Part shown: positions 46,591 to 61,954 of the stretch, one piece after another
How the letters are laid out: the number at the start of each line of letters is the position of its first letter
Numbering within the stretch: position 1 is the stretch's first letter
Assembly: GCA_051362555.1 (NCBI GenBank)
Contig: CM120646.1
Location: 10,540,001 to 10,604,000 of the forward strand
Reading direction: 5' to 3'
Length of the DNA: 64,000 nt
Origin: Lingula anatina
Lineage: Eukaryota; Animalia; Brachiopoda
Program-made: the position numbers and the translations under genes
The notes under the pieces: model-generated
Told to the model about the DNA's origin: nothing
Seen by the model: the letters and a program-made list of their open reading frames with translations, nothing else
Databases searched by the model: none

Positions 46591-48578
46591 CTATCGTGCA
46601 CATGTACTATAAAAAAGGTCGTGGTGACACTAGGGCGTCGAGGACAAGGTCAGTATGTTTTATAATCCTCTGTAATCCCTGGACACTCTCTGTGACCGGT
46701 TGTTGGGACTCAGATCCAATGGAATGTTCATGTCACTCATAACACAGGCTCATAACAAAGTGTGTGTGGTTTGCCAGGAAAGGAACTCCCACTCACCCTA
46801 ACTGTTAACCGACCTGTAAATCCGTGTCACGATGCTCCCTAAAAATTGGTCACGATTCAAACGGTTGTTAAGATTGCGATTCTGATAAATACACGAACAT
46901 TTCGTTTCATATGTTATGGATAATGGAACTATACGCCAAAATCATTGTGAATCGATTTGGAAAAATGCGCATTGAACACTTCACGTTAACGTTATTTCAA
47001 AGTAAGAGGCCCAACTCTCGGTCTTCTGTGAAATGCCCCAGCTGCATGTTCACAATAAACGGACTGCACAACTTAATATGAAGCTTCATAAATATTTAGA
47101 AATACGCTCTAAACTTATGTCTATATATTTGCAACAAAAATAAAAACGCGCATGCATATATCCATTAGTTATTGTCAGGACATTTTAAACAGCTTTATTA
47201 GTGGTTTAAAAGTAGGATAAACCTATTTATTAAGAGACACGACGCAACCAGAAAAAATAATAAATTTAAAGCTTTCAGTAGTCACTGAGTGTTTGTTGTA
47301 AAAGGAACAATCGGTGCTATGTCGTGCCTTGGGACCCAAGTCAGTTAAGAAAACGGGTGAAAGTGTTATGTACAACCCATTATTTTTGTACCTTGTCATT
47401 ATCATGGTTTTGTTAACAAGTGTCGAAAATATGACAAGCATGAAAACTATAATTTAGCATCTACAATTGCACGTTACGCTGTCGCCCGGGGCAATGTGGT
47501 TTTTCTTCTCCCTCCCCTGAGACAGAAATTATACGAGTAGCCAAAATACTCGAATTATTTGGTGGGTCAATGTCTCAAATAGCCACGTCCTTCATAGAGA
47601 TATGTTATCGGACTGGCAGCTCTTATCATATTGTACCAAAAAGGTGAACATCCTTTACGCGTCCGTCTTTGCGTGCTGACACCATAAGCTGATCTCAAAT
47701 ATGAAATTAAAAACTTAAAAGTCGTGTTCTTTTCACGATAAACCCACGGATGACCACTGTAAGGTTTACTTTACGTTTATTGTGACTGAGGAGCCTGGTG
47801 TCCGGCTCATCTAATGCAGCCATTTGCATAAATGACGACTTTTCATTCAGGGTGGTGCCCCTTGAGTTTTGCACTTTATTTCATTCATCACAGTGTCTCC
47901 GTTGGAGGAACACATAGTACTCTTACTTTTGAATCCGTTATTTCTACTTGAAATTTATAGTTTAAAGGAATGGCAGAAATGGTGAGTTTTAATACAGTTT
48001 ATTGATTATTATTGATTATTGATGATTAGTTATTTATTATTGGTGACTATTGAAATGTATAAGTTTTTTGAGTAAGTAAATTTGAACACGTAAATAACCG
48101 TTAGTAAGTACATTGTTGTAATTTTCTTTTTCTTTTCTTCTTTTTTAGTTTTTACGTGTCTTGTGAATCCATGTGAATAAACCAAGATCCAGTGAAAAAT
48201 CACATGCCTTTTCTTTGACTTTTAATACACCTATATAGTCCCTGCGTGCTATAACCACCAAATAAAGTAACAATTGCAGTCATTTCTATTCTCTTGTTAA
48301 ACAAGCGAGAAATTTAAAGAAGACTAAAACGTTTGGTCAAAAAGTTATTTTCGGCTCAATGCTCTTTTGTGGAAAACAGTTCGTGCAACCTTTACATATA
48401 CCGATCACTGAACAAAGACAATGAAGTTCGCTGAAAATCTAAAATTAATCCCCCTCGTGGGCCCTAATTGACTGGTACAAGTAAGTGGCAAAGAGTTCAA
48501 AACTCTGGTATAGATATCAGGTCGATATCCCCTACTTCCATCCCTGTTCATTGGTGTGTGTGTTCATACTGCTACTGT

Positions 48579-48610
<32 letters not shown>
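48579..48610. repeat. Poly-G run
   Basis: Direct reading; length may be assembly-dependent. Confidence 0.9.
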
Positions 48611-48611
<1 letters not shown>

Positions 48612-49505
48612 CAACCGCTTCTGCGCATATGTAATCTAAGAATATCATACCATGAAGTCATAATTGAGGAAAAAAATTAAAATTAAATTTTAAGTTGTGC
48701 GATGAAAAGTTTTTTGATAAGGAATTACATTTTGTCTGTTTTTGCCCATATTGCAACGTTGACTAACGACTATCTCAGCGGACCCTCAACCACGTCACAA
48801 CGGGGATGACTTAAGTGTGTCGCTATGGAAAGTCACGGATTCGTTTCTAAATTAAACAGAAAGGAGGAAACCAAGAGCACCATGACCAGCCACGATACCT
48901 CAGTAAAATCGTGAAAATAAGACGTGCACTAGGGGTTCACTTATTGTGTGCTGCATTCGTTTTCAAACCAATTTTTTTTTTTTTTTTTGACGGCTGAGGC
49001 AATAAACGAAACAAACCACATTCCTTCACTGGCGATTTATTTCTCAAACTGTCTTTAAATTAGTTAAAGAGACAGCATTTGGAATTATCAAAAATCTTTA
49101 TGAGGAACTCGACAGTTTTCCAGTTCTAGCAAAACGTCAGAGAACATGACTCAAGAATCGTCTCCATCGGTGGGTTCTTATAATTTGGATTATGTTTATA
49201 CAGATGTACATAGTTGAACATGCACAAAAGTAAGGGAAAAAACAATGCTGGTTAAAAGACACCAAAAACACCACCATAGGCAAAATGAATAAACATTAAT
49301 GTATAAAAAATTCTTTGTCGTTTCAATTCTTGAAACTAATTATCGCTAAAATATACGAAATTTTCTTCCACCTCGTGTTGGAACTCGATTATTTTTAAAC
49401 GCAAATTTTTCCTACGGTCTGCAATTTGCACAGCAGACTCTTTTGCTCGTCATGTCAGTTCCATGCATCTCGCCTTGCCTCGTTCCCACTGCTGCCACCT
49501 CTCTT

Positions 49506-52500
49506 TCACTTCTTCTTGCCCTTTTTCTTGCCACTTCCTTGCACATCCGTTGGGTTTTGCCCCTGTGCTAGCGCTAATTGCTTTTTCAAATCCAGCAATA
49601 CTGCTACTGCTTCATCAATGGAGGATTTGTCTGCCTTGCTGGCCTTCAGTTGACGGACAACGTCACCCTAGATTAATTGAACAAATAAGAGAAAACTTTG
49701 ACATTTGCTGGGTAACAAGTACACGTATGAAAATAGATCTTCTTTTAAGATTAGCATATGTCATAATGGTATTGTGTAAATTATTAGGCCACAGACTTTG
49801 TAATAACTGATAGAATCAATAAAGTTTATCATATATTAATAACTATTATATGTGCATCTTGAGAAAGTTTGGCCCAAAGAAAATTGGCCTTGGCAGCCTA
49901 TAATTGATCTTGGGTTGATGGCATATTACGTGCCCTAGACCTTTACACAGCAACAACAATTTTTTGACACTTTTATTACCTATGAACCAATTTTGGAGAT
50001 CTTTAGCTAAATGATCCCAGGAGAAATGCCAATTTCTGTCATTTGAGGCAACAAATGATTGTATGGATAATCTTCACTTTGTTTCACCAGCAACTAACCC
50101 ACGTGCAATTAATGACACTTACACAAAACAGATTTAAACAGGGAAAGCACAAACAAGACACAGTCTTGATGGCAGACACTGACCTGTTTTGTCACCTCTG
50201 CTGTCAACCTCTCTGCCGCCGCCGGGTCAGCAGTATTACTGTGACCATGGGAATTCTGCCCCTGAGCTGCAGACAACTGTTTTTTCAAATCCAGCAACAC
50301 AGCAACTGCAGCATCTATGGTGGTCTTGTCTGCCTTGCTGGCCTTCAACTGACGAACAGCATCACCCTGCAGAGAAAATAAGGTATTCAAGTTTGTTTCT
50401 GATGTCAGCAAGTATTTAAGTTAAAGTTTTGAGGTAAAAAACATTAAAACCCTATTGCCGCGAATTGTGTGTACTTCATAAGTAATGTTAATACCAATGA
50501 AATACTTTGAAGAACAGACAGAAATAATGCAATAGTTCAAAGCTGTATCAGTAATCTAAAAAGGTATATCTATGCCAAACTAACTGCTTAATTTCATAAC
50601 TCCCTGCCTTGAATTCTGAACAGTTAAAGATATTAACTTTTTGTGAATTTACTGGATTCAATTTGGATGATTTGCAAAAGTAAGGTCTGTGCCACATTTA
50701 CCTGCTTTGCTACCTCTGCTGTCAGTCGCTCTGCCTCAGCAGGATTAGCTGCTACAGCTGCTGCTGGACCTTTACCCTTACCACCAGAAGTAGCCTACAA
50801 TATATGGACAGTGACATTACAGCATACTGATATGTGAAAATGAAGACCTTGTTTGATGTGAGATAATAAGTGAAAATGATGGCTACAACTGACATTGGGC
50901 ACAAGGCTTTCTAATTTCTGAGTTACTCTCATGACAGATATGAAACTGTTGAACATAACGGTAAAAACTGAAATGAAAAATATCAGAGATTGTCCAAACT
51001 TTCATGTATAAAAGAGTCAAACATTTTGAAATTTGACATGTATTTGGAAAAAAAATTGAGATGTGCCTTTTGCCCTAAAGAGAAAACTGATGGAGCATAC
51101 CCTATAATCATGTGTGATCTGTGCAGATAACAATAATCAAGTCACTGAAGTTCACTACAGATGAATAACCAGATGTCAGAGTAACTGTGTTTTTTACATC
51201 TTGGAATTTTACAGTAGTGTAGAGGCCCATGTAAAGGACATTCAGTGTAAATTTCTCACAAATATGCTAAACAAAAAGAAGACAATGTCAAACAATCCAT
51301 ACATATACTGTTGGACCTTTTAAAGTAAACCTGGAAATACTCAAACTATGAAGTACTTTTAGGATAAACTTTAAGGATATGTGAGTGTGATGATAGTAGA
51401 ACATGTTCTGTGTAATTTTCTGCTCCAGCAATGTTTGAAAATATACTTATCTCTCCAATATCTTGACTGCTTGGCTTGCCAACATTGGAAAAAATATCTC
51501 TCTCTATACATATATATTTACCTTTTTAGACTCATCTCCTTGCCCTGCAAACTTTTTCTTGTGTGCCTCAGCTTCCTTGGGGTCCATCTTTTTGAACAGA
51601 GGTTGTGGCTGCAAATATATAGAGTTAATCAGATCATTCATAACACACTGTTACATAATAAAAAAACTAAACATGTAAGATGGCACAAACAAAGGAACAG
51701 ATTACGTCAACATAAAATAGACATGACAGAGTTGAAATAAATTCCTAAAAATTTCAGCAATTATCACCTCCACAAAGTATAATGTTTATATCAAAACAAC
51801 ACAGAAAACTTTTTTTAAAATTAGCAATTTACACACAATTCCACACCACAAGCTACTCACAGTTCCAATCTTGTGTCCGGGTTTGAGGAGGCACACAAAT
51901 TTCTCCGTGATGACGTTGCACTTCTTGGGGGCATTCACTTGCGTCTGTATGGTGGCACTAACCTGAGGCATATAGGGCTGCAGCAGTACTGACAGCAGGC
52001 ACGCAATGTTGGCTGACAGACTGACAACTGTTCCTGCTCTAGACCTAGGGACAGAAAGTCTTATCATGTGAAATTGTTTTGAGTAATCTTATCAATATTA
52101 TTCTGAAAAAAAAAAAAAAAAATGGAAAGAAATGGTGGATATGGCGTTGGGGGGGGAGGAGGGTACACAATGGGCAAAGTACCCTTGTTTTTAGGTTTGG
52201 AAGACCCCCAAACCCCAAGCTTTGGAGGTATTCTTTCTTCCTCCCAAAATACAACATAACAAGCAAAAATTAATAAGAAATTAGGTGTCAATGAGGAAAA
52301 ATATCTTTTCATTTATAAAACCAATTAATGTTGTACATGGATTTGTCATTTTAGAAGCTCTATCACTTCTGCTCACTTCTGTGCTGCGTCTCCCTTGACT
52401 AGTTCCCATGGTTTGTTGGCTTGCATGTACTGGTTCCCCAGTCTGGAGATATTTAAGATATGGGTGATGCCTTCACGCAGTCTACAAAGAAAAATGAAAT

Positions 52501-55500
52501 TCACCTCAATTCAAATCTAGCAATCTATGTATCAAGAGCCCAAGGAAAGGGGTATTCATTTTTTTCAGCAAATTAATTGACTGACTCTGTTGGAAAATGC
52601 TTGAAATATTAGTTTATATTAAAAAACTCTATCTTAATCTAACAATAAACCTTTGAAGGACTGCAGGAGTGGGATATTCATTTTCAGTAAGAAATTAACT
52701 GACATTTTTGGAAAATGGTGCAAATATATCATTGGCATTAAGTCATGATAACCTAATAATAATAATAATAATATACTATCGAGAATTTACCCAAATCTGA
52801 CCAATGGATATACTTATCAAGTAATGATTAAATTGAGCAACCTTCGCGCCACCAACTGTACCAAGACTTACTTAATTTTCTCCAAGCAGTCCACATAGGC
52901 TTTGAGATCCCGTGTGATTAACGCCAGTAATTCTTCATCTTCAGATGTTAGGGTTATTTCCTGAACCTGGCCTCCGAATGAGTTGGCTACAAACATCAGA
53001 GCTCTGCAAGAGAAACACAGCGAAGATTGAGATGTTAGTAAATCTTAAGAGTTACAATTCCTACAATCATTACATTTAGTTCACATACTACTTCACATCT
53101 CTCTCTCTCTTGCTGTCCATCAAACACACGCAAACATGCATTTTACCCCGTCCTTTCATAGCTCTCTGTTTACTCCCCATATTGAACAAGAGATGGGTAC
53201 GGAGGCCCTTACCGTCTAGGAGGAGAAGCGGTAGCGATGAGATGGCAGCGGAGCCAGAGGAGCCAGAGGAGCCGGCGGAACATGCGGGTCGGGACTAAAA
53301 CCATGTGTACCGCCAGCGCCTACGCTGGTGGTACAATAATTGATTCTGCTCCACAACCCATCCATTCACATATCACCCACCCACTCATAACCTGTTTTAT
53401 ATTCAATTCAACAGACTCACTATCTTGTCTATATCATTTACAATTATTTTATTATCAATTTAAAAAAAAATCTATCTCACCTGTTAATGAAATTCCCTAA
53501 ATTATTGAGCAATTCACTGTTGTTCTTCAAAACAAAATCCTCCCAAGCGAAAGTGCTGTCCTATAATTATGTAATAAACACATTAAACAAACAAAAATGT
53601 TAAGAAATATTTTGATTGCTTTTAATCTTTTTTATTTTTATGAAATTAAATTGTTAAAATATGGTTACATCGCCAGAGAAAGTATGGTGCTTAAAATTCC
53701 TAAATAAAGATAAATTAAAATTTTATACTATAAATATTATAGAACATACAAACAGACTATCAAAATTTAAATAGAAACTAATATGGACTTCCTCATCATC
53801 ACCAAGAAATGGATTTTACAATCAGCAATATCTTCTACAATCCGGTATTGAACACTCAATTTCATATCTAGAATCATACTTTAACAATTTAATTTAAATA
53901 CAAATTTTCATACATAACAAAACATTTGGTCTGAATTTTCATCCAGTATCTGTGTATCAATATCAGCACACATATTTGTGTTACCTGTGACTCTGGTCTT
54001 ATAAACAGCAGGTAAAACCTCCAGATATCTGCAGGCACACCCGTCTCCTGGGCATTATTGCCAAATACACCAACACCGCGACTCTTTGAAAATTTGCCAT
54101 CTTCATAATTCAGGTATTCTGAAAGTGAACAAAGACAAAATTACTGAAATATACTAAATGTCATTTTTTTTTAGAAAACTTTAAGGTGAACCTGATATAT
54201 TATATACAAGCAAACTGACTGTTATGTCTACCACAAGCTCTGAGGGATACTGTAATAATTGCACTACCTACCACAAGCACTTAGATGGTTGACTATTGTG
54301 AAGTTGTCGTCAGCACCTAGTAAAGTGCAGGGGAAGATTACACTGTGGAAGGGGACATTGTCCTTGGCCATGAAATTATACAGCTGGACCTGAAGAGTGG
54401 TAGAACTAGTATTATATCATCTTTTTCTAAATTGAACAGCTGTAGAAAAAAGCTTAACACTATTTTTGCTAACTTAATGCATAAACTAAGCCATTAACAC
54501 TGATAGATTTACAATTTAAAAATAATGTATTTTTTCCTTTTTTTAAAAATAAAAATATCAATACCTGTTGTGGATTTTTCCACCATTGTTTCCACTTGTC
54601 AGTGTAGTTAGCCATGATGGATATATAGCCTATAGGGGCATCAAACCACACATAAAACACCTAAAAAATAAAAATTAACTATTACATTGTATGTCATTTT
54701 ACAAGTGAGTCAATCAATGATCTTTTCAAGGCAACTCTATAAATCTCAGCTTATCTATCAAAAATAAGTTAGCTAAGTTAGCTACAGGACACCCAAAAAT
54801 AAAATAAGATGCCTTTAGTTCACAAAACTCCAATTTGAAATTGCCATTTTCCTATTATACCTTATCTGTGAAACCTTCCAGTGGAACTGGTGTTCCCCAT
54901 TTGAGGTCCCGTGTGATACAGCGTGGCTTTAGACCATCACGTATCCAGGACTTGGTAATTACTTTGGCATTCTGTGTCCAGATACCGTCCTCAAACTGCT
55001 TGTCTAGATAACTGGACAGTGTTGGTTCAAGCTGCGGAAAAAATAAACAGCTGTGATAGAATAAGTATTATCCCATCATTTTCTGTATTAAACAGCATTT
55101 CACTTTTGCCAGAAAAAACGAAACATAAAATTGAGACCACATATTAAATTTTCCTAGTTTTAGAAATAATAATATTGATAACTATTTCTTAATACAAACA
55201 ATATACATTGCATAAATATATAAAAGAACATTTTAATACAAGATTAATCTACATTTAAGTTAATAATTATACAATCTAAAATATGACAAAATTTTCATTT
55301 TAAAATATTTTATAGAAACTGCAGCATTAACTTCTTCCTACCTTAGGTAAGTCTAAAAACAGATGCTCTGATGTCTTGATCTCTGGTGTGGTCTTGCATA
55401 CTTTACACTTTGGATTCTTGAGTTCAGTGGCATTAATAAGCTTACCACATTTGTCACACTGGTCCCCACGTGCATCCTCGTACGCACACAATGGGCACGT

Positions 55501-56015
55501 GCCTTCAACGAACCTGTCTGCTAAAAATCTGAAAGCAGGACATCATTTATTATATAACACCTTTTAGTTATAAGGGTCAGATCAAATGTCTCTTTGGCAA
55601 ATAGCCTGAGAACTTAGAGTGACTGAGAACTGAAAAATTAAACAACCATGTATCCAAAACTAACATTTGCAATGCCTCAGTACAATCCATTATCCTTCGC
55701 TGCAGCAATTTTTCTATGAAGCCCCTAGTTCTACCTATCTAGCCAATATTTTTTGTAACCAGTGATAAATCTTACCTATCACATTTAGCACAATGGAGCT
55801 GCTCTACAGTATCAGTTATCACAAAACCCTTCTCATACAGCTTCCAGAAGATGTCCTGAGAAATTCTGAAACAAAAGACAAAGTATAAAATCATTTTGAT
55901 CATCAAAACTTCTATTAAATTTAAGCCTTCTTTTTGAGAGCATATAAGTAAACAAGTGTGTTTTAGGTGTTTTGTACATAATTGGGACAATTTTAAATTT
56001 CCATGTCTGAATCTT

Positions 56016-56069
<54 letters not shown>

Positions 56070-59000
56070 TGTTTTATCTTTTTCTCACTTACTCTGTCTG
56101 CTGGGTAGTGGATGTCCTCCCAAAATAATCAAAGTCTATATTGAACCATTCATAGATCTCGGAGTGAAGCTTGTTGTATTTGTCACATATCTGCTGGGGA
56201 GTTAGCCCTTCCTCTAGAGCCTTAGTTTCGGTGGCTGTTCCATATTCATCAGTGCCACAGATATATAAGGTGTTGTAGTTTCTCAAACGACAGAATCTGC
56301 ATTAAAATAGAAGGGTCAATTTAAATGCCTATTTGAAAAAGTACAACTTCAACTGTTATTATGTTATTATGATATCTAACCATAATAATAATAATTCAGT
56401 GGTACTCTTAATAATTTTCATTTATTTTAGTTAGATTTTTCAGGCTGGTAGATTTTGGATAATAAGCATTCAAGGTCAAGGCAAACAGCACATATACTGT
56501 CTACTGGGACAATCCTTTGCAGAAGCTTATTTGACCCGAAAGTTAATAATTTTGTATGTATTTAAACTTAACTGATAAACTCTGACTTACTATAAGATTA
56601 TTCAACTTCAATAGCGTAAATGGTGACTGCACATGAGAACTGAGCATTCTTATTCTTAAAATAATTGATTATCCAACCTGGCCACTAAACGCAAAATGTA
56701 AAAGCAAGCATTTAACTACTTCTTATTAAAGGGTAATTTGGGAAAGCTGCTATTCTCCTATACTTTATACAGTATCTACTGTATGGTGACCATACCTGGC
56801 ATAGACATCTGCACTCAGCACACAGCCAATGATGTTTCCAAGATGGGGGACATTGTTCACATATGGCAGTGCACTCGTGATAAGGATATTACGTTTGCCT
56901 TCCTGAGGTAATCTAGAAGTAAATAATGTTATCTTAAGTTACAGGTTCATTTGGACATGTTACAGGCATTGGGTGCACTTCAAAACAACATTTTAACCAT
57001 GTTGTGGTCTGCAGGTCCTTTGCCAAATGCCAGTAAACTCAAACTTGGGCCAGTAAACTGTTATCTTGTTTCTGATACAGCTGGCCACTGTTTCTGCTTA
57101 ATTTGTGCTAGTGGCTTCTTACAGTCTAATAGTCTGAAGGACCAGCTGTCTAAAAATTATGGGCATATGTCAATGGCAACCAACCAGTTTTAAGTATTCA
57201 AATAATCTCTACATACTGAATGTCTTTCATATTTATAAAGATTATTTTTAAAATTCCATGGGCAAAATTTTCCCTTTTATGCCTGCATAAGATGGCATGT
57301 ATAAAAAATAATAAAACATTAAGTAATTTTCAAAACTTAACTTAAATATTCAAGTAAAAAATAAGATTATCCTATAAAAATTGGTTGCAAAAAAAATGTT
57401 GCCCTAAACTATAAAACAAGTGCGGATGTCGTCATACCTAATTATTTCCTAAAAGGTTAACATAGTATTACACACAAATTCAATATGATTATTCCCAACT
57501 TTATTCATTTTAAAATTAATTCGAAATATTTCTTTGTGTGATATGCAAACAATACATGGAAAAGATTAATAAAAATTCTACAGAAAAAATTGCAATGCAG
57601 CATTCATTTCAGAAGGTATGATTTTTGTAGTAACTGAAAAAAAAAGACCTTGCTGAAATAAATTACTGGAAGGTATTTTAAATCTATGGGGATTTATTAT
57701 TGTACTTACATAGGATGTGTTCTCTGCACTGGAGTGGGCGTTGTCATTTGTTTCCATGCTGCCACTGCAGCTTTTGTCTCCTCTGCTGTGACAGATACTG
57801 CCTTCTCCTCACTTGGAGTCTGAAGCATACAGTATCACAATGCAAAAATCACTCTAATTATATACAAAAGTTTCCAAACAATCATCACTGTACACATATA
57901 ATTTGGCTTAACCCTTGCTATTTCATATCTCATGTTAAACTTTACTGAACTTTCAACAAGTGGAATTAGATTACTTTAACCTACTTCCAAAATCCTTAAA
58001 TAATAATAATCAACCAGGAAAATCTCACTTTTCTCAGACTAGTTCAAATTCTCATCAATCAATTCTCTTATACCATCCAATTTTATCATTTTAATGTCAA
58101 ATCTTACTAGAATTAACAACATTTCAATAGACAACTTGGCTGACTATACAGAGAGAATGTCCGAGGTTGTCATGTAATTCAACATATGTATCAACTAAAC
58201 GAACACATGCCAGTGTTTTCTGTCTTATTTGTGTTTGTCTCTAGTTTTTAGCTTTAAGTTATACATGACTGCAATGATTGCATCTTAAAAGTAAGGGTAA
58301 TGTCAATAATTAAAGGTATTCATCATTATGGTTGAAGAGTTAAACCATACCTCTGTCTTCTCCTTGTCTCCAGAGCCTGTCAATGTCATCTTCAGTTTCT
58401 TGGTGTCCCATATGGCAGGTGGTGGTACGGGCTGAGCTAGCAGGGATGCCTGAGAAAATACAACAGCATACATTCTGCTCATCTCAGCTATCGTCTTTTT
58501 TTAAAGAAAGGCTAGAGTACTTCATTCAACCAAAATGCTAACATTATTTATCTTCAGCCCCTCATCCAAAAAAAAAAAAGTCATTCAATCCTCTTCAATT
58601 AAAATAGGTCACATCACTCACTTTGAAGGCGGAGACCCCTTTTCCACTGGTGACCATGGTGAACCCCTTCTGAAAAGCTGGGTGCTGAGATAACTTGTTG
58701 AACCACCGGGAGATATTCAGGTACTGGGAAGACCAATCTGTGGTCAAATTTGGGGAAAAAAAACATTTTCACATCTTTAAAAACAACAACTTACAATAAT
58801 ATTATATATTTGCAGTGCAATTAAATGAATGTTATCTAAAATGTAAATTAATTAGAAAGATAAAAAACATGGATGAAGTATATGAAAGTTTATGAAGAGG
58901 TAAGAAGACAGCAAAGCTGCTTAATATAAAGATACTTAACAGAAACTTGTTTGAACCAATCAAGCTGATTTTCTAACTCAACTACACAAATATGTGGCAT

Positions 59001-61156
59001 TTTAATATGACTATTTAAACTGAAACAATTTCCTGGCAAATATTTTGTGTATGTATATACTGTGTCCTCACCCTGGAGAGCTGCAATGTCAAAGAAAGCT
59101 GGAAAGAGTGCAGACCATAAGACAATGTCTGCAGCACTGATTTGGTCCTGAAAATACATCAAGTCCACATTTGATATTTCTACTGCTTGATTTTTACTCA
59201 TTGTGTAAATGTTGCAAAAAAAATCTCATTGCCTTCACAAAATAAAGTAAATTTCATATTTGAAATACCCTCTACTCATTAAGACGTCAAGAAAATATTA
59301 CATGCCTGAATAATGAAACTAGTCCAATTGGACAAGACTGGACATCACAGAGACTGTCCACTGTAAGGAGCTTACCCTCACTATTAGTTCCTTTAAATGC
59401 AGTGCATCATCCAGATGAGCTAAGAGCCCTTTCACAGCCTGGACCTGCTTAGACTCCACCTTGCCTTGGCCCACTGAGCTTACCAAGTATGGCCAAAGTA
59501 CAGGCTGGGATGATGAAAAAAAAAACAATTATCAGTGAGATAGATCTGGGTTAACATATGTTTTTGTTAATTATATAATCATGGGTAAATTATCTTTTTT
59601 AAAACCAAATCACTGAATGTTTTCCCCACAATTTGTAGACTATGTCTATTGAAGAAGAATAACAAAATTGAAAATCTATATTAGTATATGCATGCATGAG
59701 TATGTGCATAAATGGTCAGAGCTTGGGCTAATAATTATACCTGTAATTCTGCTGCCTCCCACTCCAGCCACTGGTCAACCATCAGGCTGTCCACATCTTG
59801 ACCAGCCTTACACAGTATATATCTAAAAGGCAGACCAAATAATTATTTGGATTTTTTAATATTTGGTTAACACATATAATTGCCTGTTTGTGTACTCTCA
59901 ACTTTTTAAAGGAATTTAGTGAATAAACGAATAAAGATTACCAAGCTGCATGTATTACCATTGTTATATGCGGTTAGTGGTAATCTTTTCAATGGGGACA
60001 AATGATCAATGCAAGTACATAATTGTGGAATCATTAATAATATATTTATTTTATGCGCATGTAGCATTTGTGGTGCTTTTACAAGATAGATTAGAATGAT
60101 AAGGTGGTCTGCTTTTCAGTTTTGTTGCTGTCACTTAACAGGAAAGTTCTAATTTTATGAATTTATGACTTAAAAAATACATTTTTCATAAAATTCACAA
60201 TTTTCCCCTTTGAAAAGATTGAGTTATTACTGTAGATTCTGGACAACAAACCTGCATGCCGCATTAGCTGAGAACAATGTCAATCCTGTATCTACCTCCA
60301 GTATTGGCAGCTTATTCTGGGTCAAAGCTCCTGTCACTTTCTCTGCAGTTATAAAGAAACATATCAAGATCAAGAAGGTTTGCAAGCCAGATGAACCAGC
60401 AAGTTGAACTTAAAGACAGTTGGATTATCATTAAAAGGCATTTTAAAAATTTATATGATACTGTCTGGTTTATTCTAAATAAGAAACAAGGGCTGCATAT
60501 TGCTAGCCTCCAATCACTGGTACATATAGGATATACATAAGTTAATATACTTACTAGTAAGGTGCCAAAAAAAATAAGAGACTCAGAATGAGAACTACTA
60601 TTAAGCTTCACAGTTATGTTAATTGAGCACTTATAATTATAACAACAACATGTGCTGGTGTTCTTGGAAACTATAAACCTATATTTAATCATATCTTAAC
60701 CTAAGATAAATGCCTTAATTATAGCTGTAGCATCATTCAATAAATCAAATAATAACTAGCAGTTGCAATTACAAGAACAGTGGCTGATCAAAACAACTGG
60801 GATTTTTCATTCAATCTTAAATCTTATTTTTAAATTGCATGACTTAATAATATAATTAAATATGCCATTCAGTTAGATATATCTCCATAATAAAAAATAA
60901 ACTACTGGTAATGAGAATTTGTTGGATCGAATATAGTTAATTTTCACCATTTCAGTAAGATAACTGCTAGTAATAAAGTAGGTGAAAGAGACAATACAGA
61001 ATTAAATATTACCGGTAACAGAAAAAAGGACAAACCATCTCAATCATTCTCACCATCGTGTTTCACTTCCTCATACTGCAGATGGGTCCCAGTCAATTCC
61101 GAAGCGATCGCTATTTTCAGCGTGTGGATATTCCCTGCATCACTTATAAGCTTCAT
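49506..61156 (-). CDS. MARS1: Methionine--tRNA ligase, cytoplasmic (multi-exon; GST-like N-terminus, class I core, two WHEP domains)
   Basis: [17 protein letters not shown] (HIGH variant), [16 protein letters not shown], zinc knuckle CPLC...[50 protein letters not shown] exons at ~50183-50366 and 49506-49667; ATG at 61156, TGA at 49506. Confidence 0.96.
53184..53340. mobile_element. Short HINE-like element in MARS1 intron
   Basis: AACAAGAG start, GGAGCCAGA micro-repeats, terminal hairpin TGTACCGCCAGCG-CCTA-CGCTGGTGGTACA. Confidence 0.55.
56017..56069. repeat. (AAT)n microsatellite
   Basis: Direct reading. Confidence 0.95.
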
Positions 61157-61564
61157 TTTCTCTCCTGATCTCTCACAATATTACAACAATCAGCTGTATT
61201 TCATCAGTCCGGATGGCATAAGGTGAAAGTGTGCGTGGCTCAATGTCCTTTACCTTGGAAAGAGTTCTACTGATATAGATGGGGCTGGTGTAGGGAATTA
61301 GTTTCATGGTGTACCAAAAGACGGCGCTCTATTGAATATTAGTAAACAATAAGCCCAGTGGGAAAATAAGAAGGCGCCCAAGTGAAGGGGCAGTAGGGCT
61401 CATCCGGACCGAATAAAGTGGAAATAAAAACATCAACAGAAGAACAGGACAGTTGACATTGGTGCTAAAAACTTCAAGGCTTTCTGAACTAAGGGAATAC
61501 GATAAAACCGCAACGTGACATCCAGAAAAACCGTGAGGAGTTACATCAAAGACAAGACTTCGAA

Positions 61565-61618
61565 ATGGTATTGGTCAAGTTAGAAAATTGCATCAATCTA
61601 AACCACAAAATAGACGTG
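61565..61618 (+). CDS. Candidate short alternative first coding exon (MVLVKLENCINLNHKIDV) of the CNC/Nrf gene
   Basis: ATG in AAATGG context, 18 open codons, then GTG|GTGAGT donor in phase 0, the same phase as the 63085 donor. Confidence 0.4.
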
Positions 61619-61954
61619 GTGAGTAGATTTATATTTCGTATGTCATTTGTGGTTTTAAATGAGCACATGACGGCTAATGATGTGGGCGCGGAAGTTTGAG
61701 AAAGTTAACGCACCTAGCTGTGACTGTGGGAATGAAACCCAACGTTATTGCGAAATGCTAACGTTATTTGCTTTTCCGATTATTAATATATCTAAACGTA
61801 ACAGTGAAAGCGTGTCTGTTGATTTTCTTTGTTGTAATGTATGGACAGGGCAATATTTCTGGTCAGTTGGTTACATAAATTAGTAATGTTTGCCAGAGTA
61901 TCAGAAATCGGGGTCAGAAACTGGGGCGACTCAGGCCACCTCGAACTATTTGGG

